Below are positions 15,386 through 22,926 of a stretch of 39,640 nucleotides of DNA, one piece after another. A program made the position numbers and the translations under genes. The stretch is from contig JACOZZ010000028.1 of assembly GCA_016181055.1 (NCBI GenBank), forward strand, positions 1 to 39,640. The letters run 5' to 3'. The notes under the pieces are model-generated. The model was given only the letters and a program-made list of their open reading frames with translations, was not told where the DNA came from and made no database searches. The stretch's first letter is position 1. Every line of letters begins with the position of its first letter. The DNA is from Candidatus Yanofskybacteria bacterium. Its GTDB lineage: Bacteria; Patescibacteriota; Minisyncoccia; 2-02-FULL-40-12; IGHO2-01-FULL-4-A.

Positions 15386-15634
15386 ATGAAAAAATTAAAG
15401 CGTGTCATGAAAAGATCAGGAAGAAAAAGAGTTGATAACCCAGCGTCAAGATTAGCATACAAATTGATAACGGATGGAGCAAAAGTTCTACAGTTTCAAA
15501 AATTTTTAGGTGGCAAAAGGCAATCATACGAAACGGTACTTCAAATAGGAAACTACGGGGGCAAGGTTAAAATCTACCACAAAGCAGCATTTTACTTTGT
15601 AATTGAAGCTGACGGCTGGCCTTTTATCCCATAA
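15386..15634 (+). CDS. Small basic hypothetical protein (82 aa)
   Basis: The ATG at 15386 is preceded by GGAAAGG. The longer ORF-track start would overlap tRNA-Thr. A shared terminator follows. No family recognised. Confidence 0.4.
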   Translation: MKKLKRVMKRSGRKRVDNPASRLAYKLITDGAKVLQFQKFLGGKRQSYETVLQIGNYGGKVKIYHKAAFYFVIEADGWPFIP

Positions 15635-15642
15635 TTCCAAAT

Positions 15643-15673
15643 AAAAACCGCAAATTTATGCGGTTGTTTTTTT
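15643..15673. terminator. Bidirectional rho-independent terminator (small ORF / thiolase convergent pair)
   Basis: AAAAACCGCA-AATTTA-TGCGGTT followed by GTTTTTTT. An A-run on the other side serves the minus strand. Confidence 0.7.
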
Positions 15674-15690
15674 GACTGGCCGCTGTGCGG

Positions 15691-16881
15691 CTAATCCTCA
15701 AGCTGGAATATCCCGGCTGCACCCATGCCGCCGCCCACGCACATCGCCTCAAGGCCGAATTCCACGCCACGCCGGCGCATTTCATATATTAGCGTCGCGG
15801 CAATCCGGGCGCCAGAGCATCCCAGCGGATGGCCGAGTGCTATTGCTCCGCCATTCACATTTAAGTGACTTAGCGGCAACTCGCGCATTACCGCAAGCAT
15901 TTGCACCGCAAACGCTTCATTAAGTTCGATCAGGTCCATGTTTTTCAAATCAAGCGAAGCTCTTCGTAATACCTTTGGAATCGCAGCAACCGGTCCGATG
16001 CCAAAAAGTTTCGGCTCCAAAGCAGTAACCGCGTAATCAACCAGACGCGCCAGCGGTTTTATGCCGTGTCTCTTTGCGCGTACGCGGGACATAAGCATGA
16101 CCACCGCCGCTCCGTCGCTCATCTGCGAGGCATTGCCGGCTGTTACGGTTGAATCGGGGTCTTTGTCTTTTTCTATCGGCTCAAGTTTGGCCAGTTTTTC
16201 CAAAGAAGTGCTGCGCCTCGGTCCTTCATCGTTTTCAAATAAAATTTCCTTCATCCCTGCTTCTGCCGGTATTTTTAATTTTACCGGAACAATTTCTTCC
16301 ATAAATTTGCCGTCGTCTTGCGCCTGGATGGCTTTTTGATGGCTCCAAAGAGCAAACTCGTCCTGCTCCTGACGCGAAATCGCGTATAGCTTTCTTAAAA
16401 CTTCCGCGCCGCCGATGGTTGAAATATATGTTTGCGTTTCATTAAGAAGCATGGGGTGAGGTTCAAACTTGTTGCCCGTCATAGGTACCATACTCATGCT
16501 CTCCACGCCTCCGGCGATAATAACATCTGCTCCGCCGGCTTTAATCCTGTCGGTAGCAAAAGAAATGGCTTGCAGTCCGGATGAACAAAAACGATTGATG
16601 GTCATACCGGGAACGGTTATCGGCAATTCAGCTAAGAGCGAAATAATTCGCGCGACATTCATCCCCTGCTGCGCTTCGGGAAAAGCACAGCCGAATATAA
16701 CATCGTCAATAGTAAACGGGTTAAGCTGCGGGACTCTTTTCAAAAGCTCCCTTACGACAATCGCGCCCAAATCATCAGGGCGGGTTTGGCTCAACGCTCC
16801 GCGGAATTTACCCACCGGCGTACGGCACGCCGCCACAATTACCGCATCATCATCGGACTTGCGAGAACACTTATGGGACAT
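15691..16881 (-). CDS. Acetyl-CoA C-acyltransferase (canonical thiolase)
   Basis: All catalytic motifs are present: NRFCSSGLQAI (nucleophilic Cys), NVNGGAIALGHPLGCSGARI (His) and CVGGGMGAAGIF (acid/base Cys). AAGGAG lies 6 nt upstream of the ATG. Confidence 0.9.
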   Translation of the reverse strand: MSHKCSRKSDDDAVIVAACRTPVGKFRGALSQTRPDDLGAIVVRELLKRVPQLNPFTIDDVIFGCAFPEAQQGMNVARIISLLAELPITVPGMTINRFCSSGLQAISFATDRIKAGGADVIIAGGVESMSMVPMTGNKFEPHPMLLNETQTYISTIGGAEVLRKLYAISRQEQDEFALWSHQKAIQAQDDGKFMEEIVPVKLKIPAEAGMKEILFENDEGPRRSTSLEKLAKLEPIEKDKDPDSTVTAGNASQMSDGAAVVMLMSRVRAKRHGIKPLARLVDYAVTALEPKLFGIGPVAAIPKVLRRASLDLKNMDLIELNEAFAVQMLAVMRELPLSHLNVNGGAIALGHPLGCSGARIAATLIYEMRRRGVEFGLEAMCVGGGMGAAGIFQLED

Positions 16882-16923
16882 AGTTTTCTCCTTATGATTT
16901 TAACGAACCGATTTTGCGGCTTA

Positions 16924-16952
16924 AATATAGGTTGGAACGCCAAAAAAGTCAA
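16924..16952 (-). promoter_or_regulatory. Putative promoter of the thiolase gene
   Basis: Minus strand reads TTGACT (16952-16947), a 17-nt spacer, then TATATT (16929-16924). Confidence 0.4.
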
Positions 16953-16959
16953 CTTTTTC

Positions 16960-16987
16960 TTGACAGAAACCGTTTATATGCTAGTCT
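16960..16987 (+). promoter_or_regulatory. Putative promoter of the plus-strand acyl-CoA operon
   Basis: TTGACA (16960-16965), a 16-nt spacer, then TAGTCT (16982-16987). The perfect palindrome AAAAAGT-CA-ACTTTTT (16943-16958) lies between and over the two divergent -35 boxes. Confidence 0.35.
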
Positions 16988-17047
16988 ACCCTTGGTTATT
17001 TGGTACTTTTAAATATAACGGACAAATCGCAAAAAGGAGCGTCGTTT

Positions 17048-18247
17048 ATGGGACAACAGGTTGCAATAATCGGTTCGGGCATGACACAGTGCCGTTCACG
17101 CTGGACTGAGAAAACTTTCTGGGAACTGGCGCAAGAGGCGGTTGCTAACGCCGTAAAAGACGCGGGCATCCACATCAACGAAGTGAACGCCGGAGTTGTC
17201 GGAATATACAATGACATATTTGAATTCCAGGCAATTCCAGAATCGGGTCTTCAGGGCATTGTTGGTCTTGCCAATAAACCATTGATGCGCGTTTCAAGCG
17301 GCGGAGCAACGGGCGCTTACTCCATGCTCGCGGGCTACAACATGGTCGCAAGCGGCCAATATGACTTGGTTCTTGTCTTTGGCGTTGAAAAAGCGCTGGA
17401 CTGCTACGACTATGAAGCGCGAAGCGCTACACCCGCCGTAGTGCAGACCATCGGCTATTCATGGGACCCGTGGTTTGAGCGTCCGCTTGGCGCGCATGCG
17501 TCGGCAAGTTATGCCGCGGTGGTGCAGGCCTACATGGACGAACATCCGGGAGACCTTACCCCAATGGCACGAGCAAAAGTAGTAGAACTTTTGTGTCAGC
17601 ATGCGCAAAAAAATCCCTATGCCCAGCGCCTTGGGGAAAAAGTAACCGCTGACCAAGTTCTGAATTCTCGGTTCATCGTCCATCCTATTAGATCGCTTGA
17701 AACCTGCGTTTATACCGAAGGCGCCTGTGCGCTCATCTTCGCATCAGAAAAAGTAGCGCGGAGCATGGAACGCGTCGGACATGCACCAACATGGATATCG
17801 GGTGTTGGCGCTGCCAATGAACCGTATTTTGTCGGATGGGACATCAACCGCTACAAAGTTCTACATCGCATCTATTCCGACCACCTTGCTACCAAACGCG
17901 CCTTGGATATGGCGCACTTATCCATAAAAGACATCCAGGTCATTGAGCTGCATGATGCGTATATCCCGCAATTAATGATTACGCTAGCTGAAATGGGCGT
18001 AGTACCGCTTGGACGCGCAAACGACCTGGTGGAGGAAGGTATTATCATGCCAGGCGGGCGCATTTTGGTAAATCCGTCAGGAGGCCTTGTTTTTGGAGGA
18101 CATTTCGTGGGCGGCTCTAATATGATGTCTACATGGAGCGTAATGCGGGAATTCACGGAACAAAATCTTCAATTCGGCATGATCCATGGTACGGGAGCAT
18201 CCCTTTCCATGTACGGGTGTGTGTTTGTACTTGAAAGGAGGTCGTAA
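17048..18247 (+). CDS. SCPx/archaeal-type thiolase-fold protein apparently lacking the nucleophilic Cys
   Basis: The start MGQQVAIIGSGMTQ is preceded by AGGAG. The thiolase-fold blocks are PLMRVSSGGATGAYSMLAGYNMVASGQYDLVLVFGVEKA, IELHDAYIPQ and VNPSGGLVFGGHFVGGSN. The position normally C-A-S/T-G reads G-A-T-G. Confidence 0.7.
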   Translation: MGQQVAIIGSGMTQCRSRWTEKTFWELAQEAVANAVKDAGIHINEVNAGVVGIYNDIFEFQAIPESGLQGIVGLANKPLMRVSSGGATGAYSMLAGYNMVASGQYDLVLVFGVEKALDCYDYEARSATPAVVQTIGYSWDPWFERPLGAHASASYAAVVQAYMDEHPGDLTPMARAKVVELLCQHAQKNPYAQRLGEKVTADQVLNSRFIVHPIRSLETCVYTEGACALIFASEKVARSMERVGHAPTWISGVGAANEPYFVGWDINRYKVLHRIYSDHLATKRALDMAHLSIKDIQVIELHDAYIPQLMITLAEMGVVPLGRANDLVEEGIIMPGGRILVNPSGGLVFGGHFVGGSNMMSTWSVMREFTEQNLQFGMIHGTGASLSMYGCVFVLERRS

Positions 18248-18248
18248 C

Positions 18249-19292
18249 ATGGCGACCGAAAAAAAATTTGTAATTCCGCCGGCTATGCTGCCCGAAACGG
18301 GCATGCGCGAGGTTGCGGGGAATGACGGCAAAACCTACCTCGTCCGCAACGATGCGATGTTCACGGGCATGCAGCATGCCCAGGGAGAATTCTCAGAATT
18401 CTTTCTTGCGCTGCGTGATGAGTGCCGCATCTTCGGGCATCGCTGTCCCGGCTGCAATCACATCATCGTGCCGCCCTTTGAAAAACTGTGCCCTCCTTGT
18501 AATTTCAATAAAATGACCAAGGAATACGTGCTGGATATCGGGATAACGGTAGCAACGCCCGTCATTGTAGTCTTTGCCCCCGCGCGCTTCAAAGACGAAG
18601 TTCCCTTCGCACTCGGATACGTATACTTGGCCACAGCGGACAATAGCTTCACTGACTCAGCTTTATTCCTGCGCATGCGCACGACCCAAGGCGCCATCCG
18701 TCCGGGAATTTTCGGAAAAGAAACGCCGGTGAAAATCGTATTCCGCGACGTGCGGCGCGGCGAAATCCTAGACATCTTCGCGGTACCGCAATCGGAACTC
18801 ACCGCAGCGCAAATCGCCAAAACCCCGCTCTTAGAAAGCGACCTTGAATGGAATAGGGTTGAGACGCCGCATTGGACCGTTACTCCTGAACGCGCCGATG
18901 CGCTCAAAAAGGTCGTTCGTAGCTTTCAGCTTCTAGGAGAACGTATCGCAACAAGCCCGCGCGCAATAAAGGACCTTGCTAATTGGGAACGCAATGTTGA
19001 GGTTCGTACCGGAGGTGGAACATTCTGGTTCCGCATCCAAGACGGGACGCTGGAAGTCCACGACGGTCCCCATTCTGGTACCGCGAATCTTGTACTGACG
19101 ATAGAAGACCCGATGCCGTTGCTCCGTTGGGTCGAAAACACGCTCAATACAAGCGGAGAAAGCCTGACAAGCCCCCCGCTCACTGACTTTGTCATTGAGG
19201 GTCGGCTCCTGCTTAATAAAACCGAACTTGAAACAGTTACGCGGCTTGACCGCATTACCCGATCTCTTCGCCGTGATGCGAACGCAGGATAA
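18249..19292 (+). CDS. DUF35 (Zn-ribbon + OB-fold) protein fused to a C-terminal SCP2-like domain
   Basis: The ATG lies one base after the upstream TAA, with GGAGG 8 nt upstream. The CPGCNHIIVPPFEKLCPPCN zinc ribbon is followed by an OB-like segment (GITVATPVIVVFAP...PVKIVFRDV). The C-terminal 120 aa (GGTFWFRIQDGTLEVHDGPHSGTANLVLTIEDP...FVIEGRLLLNKTE) follow the SCP2 pattern. Confidence 0.65.
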   Translation: MATEKKFVIPPAMLPETGMREVAGNDGKTYLVRNDAMFTGMQHAQGEFSEFFLALRDECRIFGHRCPGCNHIIVPPFEKLCPPCNFNKMTKEYVLDIGITVATPVIVVFAPARFKDEVPFALGYVYLATADNSFTDSALFLRMRTTQGAIRPGIFGKETPVKIVFRDVRRGEILDIFAVPQSELTAAQIAKTPLLESDLEWNRVETPHWTVTPERADALKKVVRSFQLLGERIATSPRAIKDLANWERNVEVRTGGGTFWFRIQDGTLEVHDGPHSGTANLVLTIEDPMPLLRWVENTLNTSGESLTSPPLTDFVIEGRLLLNKTELETVTRLDRITRSLRRDANAG

Positions 19293-19297
19293 AAACA

Positions 19298-19513
19298 ATG
19301 ACGAAAAATAGAACAAGGGAGACAAACGTGGGCAAAAACAGAAAAACAAAACCGCCGGAAGGCATCGGCACATTGATAAACAGGCTAATTGACCTCAAGT
19401 TACGGCAGGGAAATAACAAAGATTTTGAGGCCGTTCTCTACGGCCATCAAAAAATAGGACAAATAGTACAGGAACTTAATTTACAACTCGCCGAAAAACG
19501 GCATAAAACATAA
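19298..19513 (+). CDS. Small basic hypothetical protein (71 aa)
   Basis: The ATG lies 5 nt after the upstream stop, with a weak AGGA upstream. It is followed directly by a strong terminator. No family recognised. Confidence 0.35.
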   Translation: MTKNRTRETNVGKNRKTKPPEGIGTLINRLIDLKLRQGNNKDFEAVLYGHQKIGQIVQELNLQLAEKRHKT

Positions 19514-19518
19514 AAAGC

Positions 19519-19546
19519 AATCCCGACATCATCGGGATTTTTATTT
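19519..19546 (+). terminator. Rho-independent terminator
   Basis: AATCCCGA-CATCA-TCGGGATT followed by TTTATTT. Confidence 0.7.
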
Positions 19547-19650
19547 GTCCCATCCTACAGCCGGCGGGCAATTGACTGATATATGCCGTGGTGTTAAAAC
19601 TATTACACAAAAAGCTCTTTTACATCTTTTACTGCTCCGGAGGGATATGT

Positions 19651-21648
19651 ATGCAAAATAAACAATTTGATTGGATGCCTACCGAAACGCATCTGCGTGA
19701 TTCGCGCATTGGACGTTTCATGCAAAAATACGGCATTTCAAGTTGCCAAGAACTTATAGAAAAGGCAAATACCGACTTGCATTGGTTTTGGAATGCCATA
19801 CTGGAAGACCTCGGATTTGAATGGCACACGCCATATGACAAGCTTCTTAACGACCAGCTTGGAATGCCTTGGGTAAAATGGTTTTCGGGAGGAAAGCTGA
19901 ATATCGTACATCATTGCCTGGATCGCCACGCCTATGGTCCCAAAGCGCAAAAAACGGCGCTTATCTGGGAGGGAGAGGACGGCCATATACGCAAAATAAC
20001 CTACGAAGAACTTTTATGCCTGACTGATAAACTTGCTTCAGCGATGACTCGTGCAAAAATTTCCAGAAGCGACGTCGTCGCAATGTGCATGAACCTGACC
20101 ATTGAAGCAGTTGCGGTTATGTTTGCTTCATTAAAGATAGGCGCGACGTGTCTTCAGGCCGGAACATGGCATGCTGCCGCAGAGCTCGCCAATATCCTTC
20201 AGCGTGGCGCTCCGAAAATGCTTTTTATCCATGACAGGCTACGGCGCGGCGGAGAAGAAATCAGTTTACGCGAAATAACAAAATACATCGCTTCAAGCAA
20301 TGAGACCCTGGGTACTATTGTTGCCCTGCCAAGACTTGGCGTTGAAGAACCGGACATAGATAGCATTACAGAAACGTATGACGGACGCATACAAAGTCTT
20401 GCGCATTTTTTGGAAACGGCAAGTTCCGATGTTCATCCCAAAACTCTTGCCTTAGACGCGGAGGAACGGTCGCTCATTCTCTTTTCCTCCGGAACTACCG
20501 GACGACCCAAAGCCATTGTTCATACCCATGCCGGGGCACTTGTCCAAACGGCCAAGGAAATCGGATATGCCTTTGATTGCCATGAGAATGACGTTTTTTG
20601 CTGGACGACAAGCATCGGCTGGATGATGGCGCCCTGGGAAATCATCGGCTCCATGTTTTTTGGAGCAACGCTAGTTCTCCTAGAAGGATCGCACATACAT
20701 CCTACCAAACACCGGCTCTTTGAGGTCATTGAGCGGCATCGCGTCTCCATTTTCGGAACCACGCCAGGTCATCTGCAAAAAATACGCGACGGCATAGAAA
20801 CATATTCCAACCACGACATTTCAAGTCTTAGAATTTTGGGATCCACCGGTAAAGTTCTTGATGCTGACCTCTGGTATTGGTTTTTCAAAGTATTTGGAAA
20901 CGGTAAACTTCCCATAATCAATATATTCGGCGGAACTGAAATTCTGGGATGTCTCGGGTCCCCTTTGCCGATTATGCCCCTTAGAGCCGGAACGGTCGGC
21001 ATGGCTTCTCTTGGAAGCGGAGCCGACGTATGCGATGAAAAGGATGATTCCGTGCGTGAACGGATCGGCAATGTTGTTTGCCGCAATCCTCTTCCGTCAA
21101 TGACAAAAGGGTTTCTTGATGATTCGCGGGGCTATCTGGACACGTATTTCTCAAATGGACCGAATTTGTGGCGGCACGGCGATCGCGCCCTGATTGACGA
21201 AGACGGCCTTTGGTTTCATTTGGGACGCGCTGACGATCTTATTATAAAAGACGGCATAAAGCACGACCCGGTAAAGATAGAAGATGCGCTTAAATTGTTT
21301 CCCGGTCCGCCGCATATTCTAGATGCTGCCGCCGTAGGAGTAACGGATGAAGAAAATCACGACCGTATTGTCTGCCTCGTAGTGCTTGATACGACATCCA
21401 TTGAAGATGGGAAAATATTTCAACGCGACGTAAGAAACCATGTAAAAATAACATATGGACCGCTGGGACAGCCAGATGACATTTATATCGTTAAGGAACT
21501 CCCGCTTAATCCGGCGAACAAAGTACCGCACAAGGTATTGAAATCTTTGTGCGAAGGTAATTCCGCATGCAATATAGCACTGCAGAATCCTTCAGTGATT
21601 GAAGATATAAAGAGAGTGCTTAGTCATTATAGACAAACCCGCTCATAG
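19651..21648 (+). CDS. AMP-forming acyl-CoA synthetase (acetyl-/acetoacetyl-CoA synthetase-like)
   Basis: The start MQNKQFDWMP is preceded by GGAGGG. The ACS/AACS-type N-terminus is W.P...FW...WF.GGKLN..HHCLDRH. The AMP-binding motif is FSSGTTGRPKAIVHTH. The C-terminal Lys region is divergent (LPLNPANKVPHKVL). A possible promoter is TTGACT-17-TAAAAC at 19572-19600. Confidence 0.8.
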   Translation: MQNKQFDWMPTETHLRDSRIGRFMQKYGISSCQELIEKANTDLHWFWNAILEDLGFEWHTPYDKLLNDQLGMPWVKWFSGGKLNIVHHCLDRHAYGPKAQKTALIWEGEDGHIRKITYEELLCLTDKLASAMTRAKISRSDVVAMCMNLTIEAVAVMFASLKIGATCLQAGTWHAAAELANILQRGAPKMLFIHDRLRRGGEEISLREITKYIASSNETLGTIVALPRLGVEEPDIDSITETYDGRIQSLAHFLETASSDVHPKTLALDAEERSLILFSSGTTGRPKAIVHTHAGALVQTAKEIGYAFDCHENDVFCWTTSIGWMMAPWEIIGSMFFGATLVLLEGSHIHPTKHRLFEVIERHRVSIFGTTPGHLQKIRDGIETYSNHDISSLRILGSTGKVLDADLWYWFFKVFGNGKLPIINIFGGTEILGCLGSPLPIMPLRAGTVGMASLGSGADVCDEKDDSVRERIGNVVCRNPLPSMTKGFLDDSRGYLDTYFSNGPNLWRHGDRALIDEDGLWFHLGRADDLIIKDGIKHDPVKIEDALKLFPGPPHILDAAAVGVTDEENHDRIVCLVVLDTTSIEDGKIFQRDVRNHVKITYGPLGQPDDIYIVKELPLNPANKVPHKVLKSLCEGNSACNIALQNPSVIEDIKRVLSHYRQTRS

Positions 21649-21665
21649 TTTGAACGGGTTTTTTG
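21636..21665 (+). terminator. Rho-independent terminator of the ligase gene
   Basis: AACCCGCTCA-TAGTT-TGAACGGGTT (10 bp, 1 mismatch) followed by TTTT. The stop codon lies in the loop. Confidence 0.65.
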
Positions 21666-21740
21666 ACACTTTACCTGGTATTTTAATTCAGAGTATCTTT
21701 ACGACTTCGCTCGAACTCACTGGTTGGTTTTTTATATTTG

Positions 21741-21811
21741 AGCGGGATACCAGAATTGAACTGGCGTCTCTTGCTTGGGAAGCAAGCGTACTACCACTGT
21801 ACTAATCCCGC
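21741..21811 (-). tRNA. tRNA-Gly (anticodon CCC)
   Basis: 71 nt. The acceptor is GCGGGAT/ATCCCGC, the anticodon arm is CTTGC-TTCCCAA-GCAAG and the T arm is GCCAG-TTCAATT-CTGGT. The discriminator is T and CCA is not encoded. Confidence 0.9.
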
Positions 21812-21813
21812 TT

Positions 21814-22212
21814 TTATTTATTTATCAAATACCCCCACCACGATTTTAAGTTCGCCATCAATTTACTTTCAAAAAATTTTTGTGCTTGCCCTACCGACAA
21901 ATCCGTCTGGGACAGAAGCATGGTTTCTCCAGTTTTACGATACACGAAAACAACTTTTTCGTCAGGTTTTTTATAATTAAGTTTCAGTCGCGCCTGCCGT
22001 TCCAAATACGCGTTGCTTTTCAGGTAATCGCTGAGCTCTTCCAATTCTAGACTGTTTTTTTCCGCTTCGTCAATTTTATGGTTAAGATTCCCCAGCTCTC
22101 TGCCTACCATTGCAAGCGGCGGCTTAAGTTTTATAACCGAAATTAAAAAAAAACCGAGCACAACCGAAATAACAGCCGTAAACCATTTTGATTGTAATAT
22201 GTCCCTAAACAT
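21814..22212 (-). CDS. Septum formation initiator family protein (FtsB/DivIC-like)
   Basis: 132 aa with an N-terminal TM and a coiled coil. YLERQARLKLNYKKPDEKVV is the typical FtsB/DivIC C-terminal block. Confidence 0.65.
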   Translation of the reverse strand: MFRDILQSKWFTAVISVVLGFFLISVIKLKPPLAMVGRELGNLNHKIDEAEKNSLELEELSDYLKSNAYLERQARLKLNYKKPDEKVVFVYRKTGETMLLSQTDLSVGQAQKFFESKLMANLKSWWGYLINK

Positions 22213-22630
22213 TAGGCCTTTGCCTGATTTTATTTATCAATTCCACGGTTTCGTCCGGATCGGCGATTTCTTCCAAAACAATTTTGTTATCCGCGGCAGT
22301 CATGATCTTTAGGTCTCCATAATCATAAAGTGACGCATTCATTCCGTGCTTGCTATAAGTAATCTCTACTATGTCCTGATACAACAACTCTGTTACTGCC
22401 TTAGAAAAAAATCCGTGCTGCTCATTTTCAACCACGCGTTGATTTGTTATGATCAAGGCATCATTTTTCCATATAAAACATTTCTGCAGTATAATAAAAG
22501 TGATAATTAGAGCGCCAAGAACTAGCGCCCAGTTCCAATAGCCAAAGAAGTCAAAATTCAGCAGGTATCTAACTAAAAATAGCCCTATAATAATTAGCGG
22601 CCAAGTAAAAAATACCGGCACTAAAAACAT
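22205..22630 (-). CDS. Membrane protein with bacterial PH (bPH_2/YdbS-like) domain
   Basis: Two N-terminal TM helices are followed by LIITNQRVVENEQHGFFSKAVTELLYQDIVEITYSKHG...GDLKI, the bPH_2 pattern. Confidence 0.6.
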   Translation of the reverse strand: MFLVPVFFTWPLIIIGLFLVRYLLNFDFFGYWNWALVLGALIITFIILQKCFIWKNDALIITNQRVVENEQHGFFSKAVTELLYQDIVEITYSKHGMNASLYDYGDLKIMTAADNKIVLEEIADPDETVELINKIRQRPNV

Positions 22631-22673
22631 CCAGTGTTTCCGTGCAACTTTGATTAATTCCTCATTTTGGCGT

Positions 22674-22764
22674 AGAATTATAGAAATAAAGAAAATGGAA
22701 AGTAGAAATTAGAAAATAGAATGGTAAATATTCTAGATTCTATTTTCTAGATTCTAAATTCTAG
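22674..22764. repeat. TAGAA/ATTCTAG heptamer palindromic repeat element (family copy C)
   Basis: Arm 1 is GGAAAGTAGAAATTAGAAAATAGAAT (22697-22722). The core ATTCTAGATTCTATTTTCTAGATTCTA at 22730-22756 is identical (27/27) to 37400-37426. Confidence 0.85.
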
Positions 22765-22892
22765 TCTGACGTGTTTTCCAAAAAAACCATAAAATACATG
22801 TCATTTGTCGTCGCCGTATTGACCATACTCTCCATGGTCGCCTTTTTGCTTGTTCCCCTTTTGAGATTCTAGATGAATTATAACCCTACGAT

Positions 22893-22926
22893 GTAAAAAA
22901 ATAAACCTAGTTTCTGCTAGGTTTAT
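22893..22926. terminator. Bidirectional rho-independent terminator (lepA 3' end)
   Basis: AAAAAAAT-AAACCTAG-TTTCTG-CTAGGTTT-ATTTTTTT. The stem overlaps the lepA stop by 2 nt. Confidence 0.7.

Noticed and set aside
16469-19373. Long antisense ORFs in the six-frame track (16469-16897+, 17459-17683-, 18458-18907-, 18926-19255-, 18933-19373-; likewise 10064-10477+, 12691-13107+, 34126-34509+, 36467-36916+)
   Set aside because: All lie opposite strongly supported CDSs. They have low-complexity Ser/Arg/Pro-rich translations, no RBS and no recognisable motifs, so they are shadow ORFs of GC-richer coding sequence.
15293-21740. Classical integrase-mediated genomic island inserted at a tRNA
   Set aside because: No integrase, recombinase or transposase is present, and there is no direct repeat of the tRNA-Gly 3' end at the far border. 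The 8-mer CTTTACGA (21697-21704) and the 10-mer TCGAACTCAC (21711-21720) match tRNA-Thr, but in scrambled order, so they may be chance. Hand GC counts of 60-nt samples range from 37% to 70% in both this block and core genes, so composition was not used as evidence.
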